DNA from: Octopus sinensis
Taxonomy: Eukaryota
Direction of reading: 5' to 3'
Assembly: GCF_006345805.1 (NCBI RefSeq)
Contig: NC_043005.1
Coordinates: forward strand, 17,484,001-17,548,000
Length of the DNA: 64,000 nucleotides
How positions within the stretch are numbered: position 1 is the stretch's first letter; each line of letters opens with the position of its first letter. Made by a program: the position numbers and the translations under genes. A model generated the notes under the pieces. It ran no database searches, was not told the DNA's origin, and saw only the letters and a program-made list of their open reading frames with translations. Shown here one piece after another: positions 40,227 through 54,241 of this stretch.

Positions 40227-40650
40227 GGATCTTTTCGGTTTCAACGGCAGTTTTTTCTAGCGGTGTCATATGAAATTGTCACCCATAATTATGACCCTAG
40301 TATCGATCTATTGCATTTCAATCTGTTTTAGGGTTAGGGTTGGTTAGGGTTAGGGTGGGAGATGGGTATCTTTTTTTCTTCTCAAATGTAAATAAACCCA
40401 ATCTGTTTCTTAAACGAGGGACATATTCATACGGCACAGAATGTTTTTTACCTCAATGGACGTCACTGATTGGTTGAAATTGTAGAAATTGAAGAAAAAA
40501 AACAACAAATATCTTACAAACAATAGAATTTTCTCAATAAAGCCAAAAGAAAAAGATGTTTTATAAACACATTCTACCAGTATACGAAGTTTAAAATTTT
40601 TTAGTTACCTAGAAATTATGTTAAAAATGCCGTTCAAACCGAAAAGATCC
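40227..40650. mobile_element. MITE family M1
   Basis: TIRs plus perfect TSD CCTGAGAC. Confidence 0.9.
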
Positions 40651-42378
40651 CCTGAGACCATTACTTCACATCAAATTTAGAAAGTAATCATGTTTAAATA
40701 CAAAATATATTTCAGCCAAGTGGTGACCGAAAATATTATTACATAGCATTACATAGGTGATCAGCAGCTTCCCAAAAATTTTCAAGATACTACTTTCTTA
40801 TGCGGCATAATATGGTCATCATCTGAATTGTATAACGTATGAATTACTTTGTATTAATATAAGGAACACAACTTATCTTTCTCTGGCTGGTACTCCGTCG
40901 TCTACGACGAAGAGTGTTCCATCTCGTGAAATTAACGTGCAAGTGGCTGAGCATTCCACAGACACATGTACTCTTAACGTAGTTCTCAGGGAGATTCAAC
41001 GTGACAAGAATGTGACAAGGCTGGCCTTTTGAAATAAGTACAACTAATATCTGCCAGCTGAGTGAAATAAAGTGTCTTGCTCAAGGACACAACGCGCCGC
41101 CGGGAATCGAACTCACGACGTTACGGTCGTGAGCCGAATGCACTAACCACTAAGCCACGCGCCTTAAGAAACTATTGTTTGTTTGTTCCTTCTCGAGCCA
41201 TGTTGGCCCATTAGGGCCGGTTTCCCGGTTTCCTTGGCGTATAGGTTCCACACCTGAACGGGACGGCGGTCCGGCGCAGGTGAGCTGCAAGATGCAGGAG
41301 GAAAGAGTGGGAGAAAGTTGTGGCGAAAGAGTCAGCAGAAGTTCGCCATTACCTTCTGCTGGAGCCGCGTGGAGTTTAGGTACTTCGCTCATAAACACAC
41401 ACATCGTCCGGTTTGAGATTCGAACCCGCGATCCCTCGACCACGAGTCCGCTGCTCTAACTACTAGGCCATGTGCCTCCACTAAGAAACTATTAATATTG
41501 ATTAAATGTCAGAGGATTTGCGAGGTTGATCAGAAGAGTAGCCTAGATCAAGTATTGGAGGCGTCTGTCTATTTTCTGTGTCACGGCATTAGTGTGTGCT
41601 GTGAAGGCGCGTAGCCGAGTTTTTAGGGTGTTCGGCTCGCTGTCATAAGGTCGCGGGTTCAATTGCTAGACCCATCGCCGTATTGTGCCCTTGAATAAGG
41701 CTTTCATTTCCAATTGCTCCAGTATGGTGCAGTCCTCTCTCACTCCTCCTATCACATACTGAATATTTCGCTGTTTCAAAGGTAAAGCTATTGTAAAAGG
41801 TTCAATGTCTGATCACAACTGCATAGCTACATAAAATAATTAGTCCGGTTCTAAGCCAATATTAAACTGGTGAGTAAGGCAGCGAGCTGGCAGAAACGTT
41901 AGCACGCCGGGCGAAATGCCTAGAGGTATTTCGTCTGCCGTTACGTTCTGAGTTCAAATTCCGCCGAGGTCGACTTTGCTTTTCATCCTTTCGGGGTCGA
42001 TAAATTAAGTACCAGTTAAGCACTGGGGTCGATATAATCGACTTAATACCTATGTCTGTCCATGTTTGTCCCCTCTATGTTTAGCCCCTTGTGGGTAATA
42101 AAGAAATAGGTATTTCGTCTGCCGTTACGTTCTGAGTTCAAATTCCGCCGAGGTCGACCTTTGCCTTTCATTCTTTCTGGGTCGATAAAATATGTACCAG
42201 TTGTGCACTAGGGTCGATGTAATCGATTTACTCCTCCCCGAAATTGCTGGCCTTGTGCCAAAATTTGAAATCTTTATTTTTCTCTCTCTACTCTCTCTCT
42301 CTCTCCTCTTTCTCTCTCTCCTCTCCTCCTCTCTCTCTCCTTCTCTCTCTCCTTTCTCTCCTCTCTCTCTCTCTCTCC

Positions 42379-42410
<32 letters not shown>

Positions 42411-43527
42411 CTATTTATACTTCTTGTTTTTTTTCTTTCTTACTTTCTCTTTTGAACTTCTTTCCCTCTATCTCTCTCTCTTTTTCTTTGTCATTCTCTT
42501 TTTCCTTCTCTCATCCTTTCTTTTCCCGCTTCCTCTCTCTTCACCCCCTCTCTCTCTCTCTCTCTCCCTCTCCCTCTCTCTCTCTCCTGTTGATATAATG
42601 CAGTGTTCCTCACACCAAACGCAACAAAATATATTTATCTACTCATATTGGCATAGGTATGACTGAGTGGTTAAGAAGCGTGCTTTGCATCCTCGTGGTT
42701 TTGATTTCAGTTCCACTACGAGGCACCTACGACAAGTGTTCATGTGAGTAAATTTGGCTGACGAAAACTGTTCGGAAGCCCATAGTATATATCGTTTGTG
42801 TGTGGTGTGTGTGTACGCGCGCGTGTGTGTGTGTCTTTGTGTTTATGCTTGTCCCAACTCTCCACTGCTTCACAACCGGTGCTGGTTCATTTACGTACTC
42901 GTAAATTAGAGCCTGACTTTCAAAAGGAAATAAGCGCTGGGGCTGATTTGTTCGAGTGAACCCATCAAGGCAGAGCTCCAGCATGGCCGCTGTCCAATGA
43001 CTGAAACAAGTAAAAGATAAATATAAACGATATAATTCCTCTTCCTTCGCCATGATGTTGTTTAAAAGTTTAAAAAGTTTAAAAACCAGCTTCATTTTAT
43101 AAAACATGCCCATTTGTCCGTCCCCCCATCTATTTTTTTTATTGGGGGGGGGGGTAACAGGTCCTCCCCTAAGGGAAACGTTCTTCACCCGAGTTGTAAA
43201 TAGCACTTAGATACAGGGGAAGATGTTTTATTTATTCACAGAGCTAATTAGGATCCTCTCGAAGTTTTAGCTTAGATATATTCATTTACCTTATAGAAAC
43301 ACTACATATATTGGAATTTTCAGGAATTTTCGTGATACGAGAGGGGTTTCGACATTGCCATGGGTACAGAAGAGCTTGCAACATTTCTGAGACTTTTACA
43401 GCTTGTTATGCATCCATGGGAGATAATTCTTTTAGCAAACAAGAGTTGTGTCCCTTAGTATTAACACCAGTTTAGAAAATATATATATAAATATTAATAT
43501 CCGTCTTACATGATAGAATTAGTTCGA

Positions 43528-43621
<94 letters not shown>

Positions 43622-43624
<3 letters not shown>

Positions 43625-44698
43625 GTTTCTTTATTAGCTACACAGGGCCGAACACACAGGGGACAAAATACAATGTAGAGCCTTTCTTTTCAGAAAAAAA
43701 ATGTAGGGTGGGGATAATAATATTTCTATCAAAAGGAAGCGTAAGAAAAAGAAAAAAAAAAGGGAGAAAAAAACTATCAAAAGGGATCAGGTATCAGAAA
43801 AATTTTTAAAGTGTAAAAAGCAAGATTAGGTTTATCCGTGGAAAGAAAAGCCTACGGAAAAGACCATGGTAATCTCAGGCAGGGAAGGAATAAACAGATG
43901 AGAGCAGAGTGCTCTCTCTCTCTTTTTGTGATTTACAGAATCATGCTCAAAGTGGTTTCGTCAAACGCACGCACCATCTTTGCTACATTCACCCACTTTT
44001 TTTTTAAACTTTCACGAGACAAAACCTACCTCTCCATTCTCACCTTCCTTTTCAAGTCGTACTTGAAAAAGTTGATGAGAGGTAAGTGTTTGTCTCTAAT
44101 CCTTTTGCTTGAGTCCACCACACACATTCTTTCACCATGGCCACCAGTACAATGAAGACTGCTTTGCCTTCCTGGTTAAGAGAAGGTGGTGAAGCAATTT
44201 TCACAATAGACTCGGCCAACAGGCGGACTCATCCATACATGACAGCAGCCATTCGGCATAAGCCCATAGGTCCGAAATGGTTGGACATTGCACGAGTGCA
44301 TGCAGAATGGTTTCGTCACTCTAACCACATCTTGGGCAAGTCGGTCCGGTGTGTCTCGAATCGTGCCTGTAGAGCTTATCCCAAACGGGTAATGCTTCTC
44401 GATAGCACTGCTAGACCAGGGATTTTTGGTGATGTCCATTGGTCCCGATCCAAAAGTTGTCCTGGACAGGTGGGTCAGGTGTTCCTCGTCAATGCCCAGA
44501 TCCTGCCCAAGAACGCCATCACACCTCCCTCCACTGATCCTCTATAGAATGCCTTTGTGGAGTGAAGTCTCACAAGTTTGGTCCTGGACGGCAGAGTTGC
44601 TTGAGAGCAAGGTGACACTCGCAGTGCCATTCGCCTAGCCTCGGTTTCTGTTTGATCCACGATTGCAGTTCGGCCAAAGAGACGAGCTGCAGAAAGTG
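43622..44698 (-). mobile_element. Tx1/L1-clade LINE 3' fragment (ORF2 C-terminal CCHC zinc knuckle and 3' UTR) next to (TCTA)n
   Basis: Reverse translation REALPVWDKLYRH..CPRCG*SDETILHALVQC..LW. The 3' end reads AATAAAGAAAC before the microsatellite. A related 3' end lies at 57850-58355 (+). Confidence 0.7.
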
Positions 44699-44715
44699 CA
44701 TATATATATATATAC

Positions 44716-44766
<51 letters not shown>

Positions 44767-44895
44767 CATATATATATACATATATATACATATATACACA
44801 TATAATATATATACATATATACATATATATATTATATATATACATATATATAATATATACATATATATATACATATATATACATATATACACATA

Positions 44896-44931
<36 letters not shown>

Positions 44932-44941
44932 CAATATATAC

Positions 44942-44972
<31 letters not shown>

Positions 44973-44973
44973 C

Positions 44974-45038
<65 letters not shown>

Positions 45039-45390
45039 CATATATATATGAGTCTACGATGAGTCTACGATTTTTTAAATAATTTAACATCATTTTTTAT
45101 TCCATTTTAATGCATATTTTTTCGTGTGTCGATGGTGGCGGAGTTGGCGTCCACGCTCACACCTGCACCTGTGAAGCTGTGGGGAAGGGAGTGTAAGGAA
45201 ATCAACGTCGTAATGCGTTGTCAAGGAGACCAGCGTTCTTTTAGAACAACGACTTCATGGCTTGAAGTCGCCAAAACAGAAATCGCTAAAAAAGCTGAAA
45301 CAGATCCACAAAAACCGCAAAAACCGCCACACAGGGCAGGTTTCCTGTGCAAACAATTTGCACAACCGAATGTTTTAGTTGTTGCACAAA

Positions 45391-45791
45391 TCTTTATATA
45401 TAAAAGTGAGGTTGTGTGCTGTCTGTCTCCTACGATTTAGATTCCTAACTACTCCCACATTTTGCGGTGCAGTTTAACCAAAACCGGGTATCTTATAGTC
45501 GTGATTCATATCGAGCCCGTTTGGGTATTTGCGCGCGTCTACAATGAGTCTACGATTTTAAAAATAATTTACCATCATTTTTTATTCCATTTTAATGCAT
45601 TTTTCGCTATTATATAAGGGAAGTAACTCTCTAAAAATGTCTACGATGAGTCAACGATTTAAAAAATAATTACCATCATTTTTTATTCCATTTTTAATGC
45701 ATTTTTTGCTATTTTTTTGCTATAACTCACTAAAAATGCTTATATAGTTATTTCCCTTACAAATCTGAGCAACGCCGGGCGATACTGCTAG
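45391..45791 (+). mobile_element. Non-autonomous Helitron
   Basis: A|TC...hairpin GAGCAACGCCGGG..CTAG|T. Confidence 0.85.
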
Positions 45792-46016
45792 TTGTCAATA
45801 AAGCATGTCAGGACAATTTCCTATATTTTATTTATTTATTTATTGTGTGCACAAAGAGGTTAAGATGTTTTATTAAAATTTTTTAATTTTCCTGATGAAG
45901 GCTTAAAATCTTGTGGTGTAACTACCGGAAATTTGCCGTAGATTTTTAATATATGCTGTGGTGTGCATAGATATATTTTAATATATATTTGAGAGGGAGG
46001 GTGTTTAATATATATG

Positions 46017-46400
46017 TGGAGGTGCAATGGCCCAGTGGTTAGGGCAGTGGACTCGCAGTCATAGGATCGCGGTTTCGATTCCCAGACCGGGCGTTGTGAG
46101 TGTTTATTGAGCGAAAACACCTAAAGCTCCACAAGGCTCCAGCAGGGGATGGTGGTGATCCCTGCTGTACTCTTTCACCACAACTTTCTCTCACTCTTAC
46201 TTCCTGTTTCTGTTGTACCTGTATTTCAAAGGGCCGGCCTTGTCACTCTCTGTGTCACACTGAATATCCCCGAGAACTACGTTAAAGGTACACGTGTCTG
46301 TGGAGTGCTCAGCCACTTACACATTAATTTCACGAGCAGGCTGTTCCGTTGATTCGGATCAACCGGAACCCTCGTCGTCGTAACTGACGGAGTGCTTCCA
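46017..46400 (+). mobile_element. SINE family C
   Basis: Closely matches 37984-38367. Confidence 0.88.
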
Positions 46401-47303
46401 TCCAATATATATATTGTGTTTTGCAGTTTCATGGGGTTAGAAAAATGTGGAGGAATAATATAACAAAATGACAAGATTGAAAAATAATATAACACACAAT
46501 AGATTTTTGTTGGCTTAGTTTTTTTAATGCTTAACCATATACAGAAAGTGTTAGAGATACACAAAAAAATTTGAATACAGATAGGCAGCTAGCTTGATAG
46601 ACAGACAGATAGATAGACAGGGAGAGACAGACAGACAGGTAATTAGACAGAGAGAGATAGACAGACTGACAGACAGCTTGATATACTGAAAGACAGATAG
46701 TCAGATAGCTTGATAGACAGACAGATTACAGAGAATGAGTGAGAGGGATTGATAAAGACAGATATTTTAAGTAGATAGAGGGGGAATAATGAATGTACAG
46801 AGAGTGAAGACAGCATGATAAAATCACAAAATAATAGAGCAAAATTAAGTAATAAATGAACAGAAAAATAGATAAAAATCACATAACAGAATCATACAAT
46901 ACTAAATTAAATTAACAAATAACTGGAGTTAAGTCCTTCTTGTTGGTTTCTGTGTTAACCTAATCACAAGTGCATTCAAATTCAAAAACTCCTCATTAAT
47001 TATATCGCTTATTTTCTCATTGCTAACTTAGCAAATTGGAGGGATAGGACACTTTCATTCTCTTGAGTGTCCAGCTCACCCCATAATTCAAGGTGGGTTT
47101 CAGATTGTTTTTAAAGTGTGCTTCTACAATCCGGATTTTTATGCAATCTGTGTGTTCCAATAAAATCTGTGCTGCTATATTTCTTCAATGTATTACGTCA
47201 TGTTGGAACACCATAATGGGTAGATCATGCAATTTTGTAAAAAAATATTCAACTATCCACTGGTGTTGCTAACATCTGATAAATCCAATGCATGCGGTAT
47301 ACA

Positions 47304-47336
<33 letters not shown>

Positions 47337-47841
47337 ATATATATATATGAGGTATCTTCCTGGGGCTACAAACTACAGTAGCATCCACCCTTAGGGGTTA
47401 GCCATATTCAAATGGCAAATATACGTCACGATGTGTTGCCGCTACTGTTTATAACTCGCTCTGAGATTTATGATTGTGTATATATATATATATTATATAT
47501 ATATATATATATATAGACACATGGATTTCTGGGCAATTTTCTCCTCTTACTTTCCATTCAAAACCCAAAGAAAGTTATATGTTTGTGTGTGGTGTGTGTA
47601 TAAACGTGTGTGTGTGTGTGTGTGTGTGCGTGCATATTATGTGTGTACACAAGCGTGTAATTTTTATTATATACATTTTTCCTGTAATAAAGGAGCAGGT
47701 TTCTTAGACAACAATGGTGAAGAGTTATTTGTTGAATTTTAGAAAAGTTTTGCATATTTTAACACTTCTCCTTTGATGCTCCTATTCACAAAGTGAACAT
47801 GTGTGTGTGTGCATGTGTGTGTGTGCATGTGTGTGTGTGCA

Positions 47842-47872
<31 letters not shown>

Positions 47873-48319
47873 GTGTCATATGCACATATGATTTATTTAG
47901 TTCAGCAACATGATTTTTTTTGAGATTTTGCTTTATCTAGGTTAATACGTGCACCAGGATCTGAAGGCTTTGCGGGAGATAACTCACAGATTTTGTCCGC
48001 TGTTAAAAAACAAATAAAAAGAAACATAATTAATGATGTAAAAAAAAAACAAAATAAACATATATTAAAAGCAAATGATATTTAAAAGCGTTAATTTTGA
48101 AAATAAACAACACATGTACATATACACATATGCATACTCTTTTTTTTTTTTTTCCTTGTTTCAGTCATTTGACTGTGGCCATGCTGGAGCACCGCCTTTA
48201 GTCGAGCAAATCAACCCCAGGACTTATTCTTTGTAAGCCCAGTACTTATTCTATCGGTCTCTTTTGCCGAACCGCTAAGTGACGGTTGTCAAGCAATGCT
48301 AGGGGGGGGGCAAACACAA

Positions 48320-48379
<60 letters not shown>

Positions 48380-48551
48380 GACAGGCTTCTTTCAGTTTCC
48401 GTCTACCAAATCCACTCACAAGGCATTGGTCGGCCCGGGGCTATAGCAGAAGACACTTGCCCAAGATGCCACGCAGTGGGACTGCAATGTGTATAAAATA
48501 ATCAAATAGAGAGTATACGAGTGAGCATAAGTGAAAGTGTGTGTATGTGCA

Positions 48552-48584
<33 letters not shown>

Positions 48585-48886
48585 CAATTACATCATTGAA
48601 GAATTATTTTAGCTATTTAAAAACACATAAAAAGCATTACATTTACATTTTGTTTATTTTTTTCATTTTACTTTTTTGTTGCATTCTTGTTTTTTACTGT
48701 CTATTAGGACTTATCAAAAGATCTTAACACACATGTGACTGGATCACTAACACAAGTTCACACTTTTCAGTAGAATCATAAAAGTGACCAATTTTCAAAA
48801 GCAGGATGAGAATTTTTCACACTCCATAATAGATTGTACAGTTAAGAAATAAAGATAAAGCACATGTAACAGATTTTGTGTCTTAA

Positions 48887-49106
48887 CCCTTTTGTTACTA
48901 ACCCGGCCAAAACCGGCTCAGGCTCTGTGGTAAAATGTCTTGATTTCAAAAGTTTTGAATTAAAATCTTCCACCAAGCCTTTGTCACAATTTATGTTCCT
49001 AACACTAGCTTAATGATAACCAAGTTATTTTACTAAATTCTGTGTTATATTTAAAGTAATTGAAAGAAACACAGAGCATCTCAATATAAATACAGTAACG
49101 AAAGGG
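48887..49106. mobile_element. piggyBac-like MITE (TTAA TSD, CCC..GGG termini)
   Basis: TTAA|CCCTTTTGTTAC..GTAACGAAAGGG|TTAA. Other copies at 54461-54679 and 55895-56126. Confidence 0.85.
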
Positions 49107-50979
49107 TTAATGGGGAAAATATAGAATACTTTGTCTTGTGGTCATTTGTTGAAAGTACTGTTCCTTACAGAGGGGCTGGTGGTAGCTGTTATTAGTGCAC
49201 AGCAGAGGTGCTAAAAATTCTAAATTATAGATTTAATTGATAAGTACAAGCTATTAATCCATTGTTCGTACTTATTCTGTATAAATAACTTACTAAAGTC
49301 TAACTAATCTTTAATCTAATCTTTAACTATTGCACCTAATTTGATTCAATTTATCTGTAGTAAACTTAATACTATCTAGAATTAACTATAGAAGTAAGAA
49401 ATAATTTACTGTATGCATTCATCAGAATGAAATTCACCTACCATCTTTCTTCATTTAGTTACCAAAGAATCTAATCTTTCCTCTTATATATATCCTACCC
49501 CTCTATTACTGCCATTTTGTCATCATCATCATCATCATCGTTTAATGTCCGTTTTCCATGCTAGCATGGGTTGGACGGTTCAACTGGGGTCTGAGAAGCC
49601 CGAAGGCTGCACCAGGCCAGTCAGATCTGGCAGTGCTTCTACAGCTGGATGCCCTTCCTAACGCCAACCACTCCGAGAGTGTAGTGGGTGATTTTATGTG
49701 CCACCGACACAGGTGCCAGACGAGGCTGGCGAGGTAGACGAGGCTGGCGAGGCAGACGAGGCTGGTATAATAATAATAAGTTCCCATTTTTACTCTATTC
49801 TCTATCGTAGCATACTTTTAAAATTGGTGACATTTTGACCTGTCATACGCTGTGGTAGTGGCTAGTCCACAGTAAATCAAAAAAGGTAATTTAACATGTC
49901 GTTTATCAACAATCTCCTTTTCCTGAATTATCTTCACAGGGGACTACTTGATGTTTCTAATTCTGATATTCCACCTCCACCACTGGATATGTTGTTGGAA
50001 ACTTCAAGACTCTACCAAAATAACTTTAAAGTCTAGTGAGAATAGTGGAAAAATAAATTAATTAATTTCATTAATTAATTTATTCATTCATTTTTGAGTG
50101 ACTTTACATAAACGTATGCAAACAAATAATATATTGTGTTCATATGGTTCCTCTAACCATTCAAAATAATACTTGAATGTTTTCATTTTTACATCTGATT
50201 ACTATTATACTCTGCGATAAATGCACCAATCACTTGATTGGGAATCTCCTCCCACTAGTCATTATCATCATCATCATCATCATTTGATGTCCATTGTCCA
50301 TGCTGGCATGGGTTTGACCGGGTTGGCATGCTGTAAGGCAGTACCAGACTCCAGTCTGATTTGGTGGCGAGTTGGCTGACTCATTAGCATGCCGGGCGAA
50401 ATGCTTAGCGGTATTTCGTCTGCCGCTACGTTCTGAGTTCAAATTCCGCCGAGGTCGACTTTGCCTTTCATCCTTTCGGGGTCGATAAATTAAGTACCAG
50501 TTATGCACTGGGGTCGATGTAATCGACTTAATACCTATGTCTGTCCTTGTTTGTCCCCTCTGTGTTTAGCCCCTTGTGGGTAATAAAGAAATAAGTATGG
50601 GTTTCTACAGCTCGATGCCCTTCCTAATGCCAACCACTCCAAGAGTGTAATGGGTGCTTTTACATGCCACCAGCATGGGTGCCAATTTGTGTGACACTGA
50701 TATCTGCCACAACTGCGATTTTTCTCAGCTTGATAGGCCTTCTTCTCAAGCATGACATAATGCCAAAGGTCCAGCTGTGTTTTTAATCTATAGAGATTCT
50801 CATTTTCTTTACTTAACATTCTGTTAGCCAGGAGTTTTCATTTGGAGTGCTTACTGAGGTATTAACCAAAATTTTTTTAATCTCTATTATATATGCACTT
50901 TATATGCACTTTCTGACAAGTTGTGGTGCACCTGAGCACTGTATACAATAATTTCATTATTATTATTTTTATTATATCG

Positions 50980-51019
<40 letters not shown>

Positions 51020-51091
51020 GCACACACGCGCACATGCACACACAATAATGCATATATGCATGCCCTAAGCAACAAGAACTGCAATGCAATC

Positions 51092-51130
<39 letters not shown>

Positions 51131-51138
51131 GAGTGATG

Positions 51139-51229
51139 TCAAAAAAACAGCAATGTTTTCTGTTGCTATGTGTAGCAGATAATAAACTACCAACAACGGT
51201 AGGTGGAGACTGTTTCAAACACTCCCAAG
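51139..51229 (-). CDS. Rab5-like GTPase, putative last coding exon (needs two 1-bp corrections)
   Basis: Phase-1 join gives ..IL-A-WECLKQSPPTVVGSLLSATHSNRKHCCFF. The acceptor reads TTTGTG (one A short of TTTGTAG), and one more T in the T7 run gives CCFF-stop. Confidence 0.6.
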
Positions 51230-51267
51230 CACAAACAATCATGGTAAAAATAGTGAAATACAAATAA

Positions 51268-51304
<37 letters not shown>

Positions 51305-51755
51305 CGATGGCGATGGTGATGGTCATCATCATCATCATCAGAATATCATCATCATCAGAATCATCATCATCATCATCATCATCATCAATGTGTTGTGTGC
51401 AAACACATGTTTATATGTGTATGCGTGTATAGATGCATATGTGTATGTGTGTGTGTATGTGATTGTGCACGCACGTGTCTTGTATATTTGAGTACGTGTA
51501 TGCATGTGTGCGTGTGTGCGTGCGTGTGTACATGTAACTGTGCGTGTGTACACACGTGTGTGTGTACATATGTGCAGGTTATAGGTGATCAGTGTAACAT
51601 TATTGCTCAACATTTCATCACTTCTCTCAACTGATGCATAAAAGCTTTATGTCCAGATAACTCCTAAATATCACCATGGAAACAGATATGTTTACATATA
51701 CACACACATATGGGCATACACACACCGTTGTCCTGGTTTTCAGTCTATTTACCAG

Positions 51756-51855
<100 letters not shown>

Positions 51856-52226
51856 GTATATGTGAGTGTTTATCTGTGTCTGTATAGGATTCTCTTTGTC
51901 TCTCTCTCTCTCTCTGTCCATATGTCTTGCAAGTGTGCGTATATCATTCTCTCTCTCACTCTCTCTCTCTCAATGTATGTATCTGTCAGTATACATACAT
52001 ATATATACATATATAACATAAACATTCTCTCTCTCTTTTTCCTTATATATAAGTGTATGCATGTATGTGTGAGTGTGTCTCATTCTCTCTCTCATCTATC
52101 TATCTTTCTAGTTTTCACTCCAGCTCTCTTTCTTCAAATTCTTCTAAGTAGATATTTTCGTTTTCTATTTATCTTATTACGCATAACTCTTTCTCTCATT
52201 CTTTTTATATAAGTATCTATATATAT

Positions 52227-52266
<40 letters not shown>

Positions 52267-52538
52267 TGTTGTGTCTAGGGAGAGTCATTCTGTTTTGGTG
52301 CCTTATGATTTAACACACTCACTAGTAAAATTTCCACTTATTTCTGTTTTTATTTTTCTTAATTTTCGTTGCGTCTTGCAACCAATTCAATAGTCATTGA
52401 GAGTCAGTGACTATTGAAAAGGTTGCAAGATGCAACGAAAATTTTAGAAAAATAAAAACAGAAATAAGTGGAAATTTTACTGGTGAGCGTGTTAAATTAT
52501 AAGGCACAAAAACAAAATAACTCTCCCCAGACACAACA
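52267..52538. repeat. ~135-bp-arm foldback of two PLE-tail-like units
   Basis: The left arm is the imperfect reverse complement of the right arm around a short spacer at ~52400. Confidence 0.85.
52411..52447 (+). ncRNA. Candidate hammerhead ribozyme, U3-A8 variant
   Basis: CTA-TTGAAAA-(G)GTTGC(aagat)GCAAC-GAAA-AT-TT-TAG. Confidence 0.5.
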
Positions 52539-52601
52539 GAATATGCTTCAGCACACAAACTCACATAAAGAATCTTGCAAACCAAATCCCAAAATGAAAG
52601 A

Positions 52602-52634
<33 letters not shown>

Positions 52635-52636
52635 AG

Positions 52637-52979
52637 TGAAGGCGCATGGCTCAGTGGTTAGAGCGTCGAGCTTACGATCGTGAGGTTGTGAGCTCGAATC
52701 CCGGACCGGGCTGCGTGTTGTGTTCTTGAGCAAGGCACTTTATTTCACGTTGCTCCAGTTCACTCAGCTGTAGAAATGAGTTGTGACGTCACTGGTGCCA
52801 AGCTGTATCGACCTTTGTCTTTCCCTTGGATAACACTGGTGGCGTGGAGAGGGGAGGCTGGTATGCATGGGCGACTGCTGGTCTTCCATAAACAACCTTG
52901 CCCGGACTTGTGTCTAGGAGGGTAACTTTCTAGGTGCAATCCCATGGTCATTCATGACCGAAGGGGGTCTTTACCCTTT
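52637..52979 (+). mobile_element. tRNA-headed SINE (family D) in (TATG)n
   Basis: Head GGCGCATGGCTCAGTGGTTAGAGCG..GAGCTCGAATCC, then GTGTTCTTGAGCAAGGCACTT. Confidence 0.7.
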
Positions 52980-54241
52980 ATGTATGTATGTATGTATGTA
53001 TGTATGTATGTATGTATGTATGTGTATGTATGTAATTTAGAGAAAGACCTCTGTTACACAATTCAATAATGAAAGATGTTATTCACACCATATAGAAAAC
53101 ATATACTATTTAAACCTTATTCTAAAAATCAATAAAGTACAATATATTATATATAATATATAAAGGAGATGGTGAAATTGTTGGATGTTTCTTCTAGTAT
53201 TTTTTTTTAAGCAAATGTTTTGGTTAATTAATACAGAACTGAAGTTGTTGTATAATGGTACCTGGGAAATATTCTTTTCTACTCTAGGCACAAGGCCCGA
53301 AATTTTTGAGAAGGGGGCCAGTCGATTAGATCAACCCCAGTACACAACTGCTACTTAATTTATCAACCCCAAAAGGATGAAAGGCAAAATCGATCTTGGT
53401 GGAATTTGAACTCAGAACGTAAAGATAGATGAAATACCGCTAAGCATTTCGTCCAGCCTGCTAACGTTTCTGCCAGCTCACCACCTTAAAACCTGGGAAA
53501 TATTGGTAAGATGGAACTATAATGTTGTCTGCATGAGGCTGTGTCATGTATATATTGTTGACATTTGCACAGGTTATGTAGGTATAAGCTAAAGAGTGGG
53601 GATAAGAAAGCAGAGCCTTGTGGTACAGTGTTTTCAAGATCATAAAGTTTATAATTTGTTTGCTTATCTAATTAGCTATTTTTTTTATCCAAGCAGGGAA
53701 CTAGCTAGTTAGCCATTTACTTACCTGCATAACTATATGTATGTGTTTATGTATCTTATACCTTTATAGTTATATATATATATATATTAATATATATATA
53801 TATATATGTCTGGTGGTACGTAAAAAGCACTATCCAACTCGTGGCCGATGCCAGCGCCGCCTCCACTGGCTTCCGTGCCGGTGGCACGTAAAATACACCA
53901 ATCCGACCATGGCCGTTGCCAGCCTCGCCTGGCACCTGTGCAGGTGGCACGTAAAAAGCACCCACTACACTCACGGAGTGGTTGGCGTTAGGAAGGGCAT
54001 CCAGCTGTAGAAACATTGCCAAATAAGACTGGAGCCTGGTGCAGCCTTCTGGCTTCCCAGATCCCCGGTCGAACCGTCCAACCCATGCTAGCATGGAGAA
54101 CGGACGTTAAATGATGATGATGATGTCATTCACTGCAAACAAATGCATACATAGCTTTACACAAATAAGCACACACTTCACATGACACACACATCACTTT
54201 CCACATCCACACACACACATACATATACATACACAACTTAC

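Noticed and set aside
45885-45946. CTGATGA...GAAA..GTA hammerhead-like motif
   Set aside because: Stems I-III cannot be paired consistently around the core. At most a rearranged relic.
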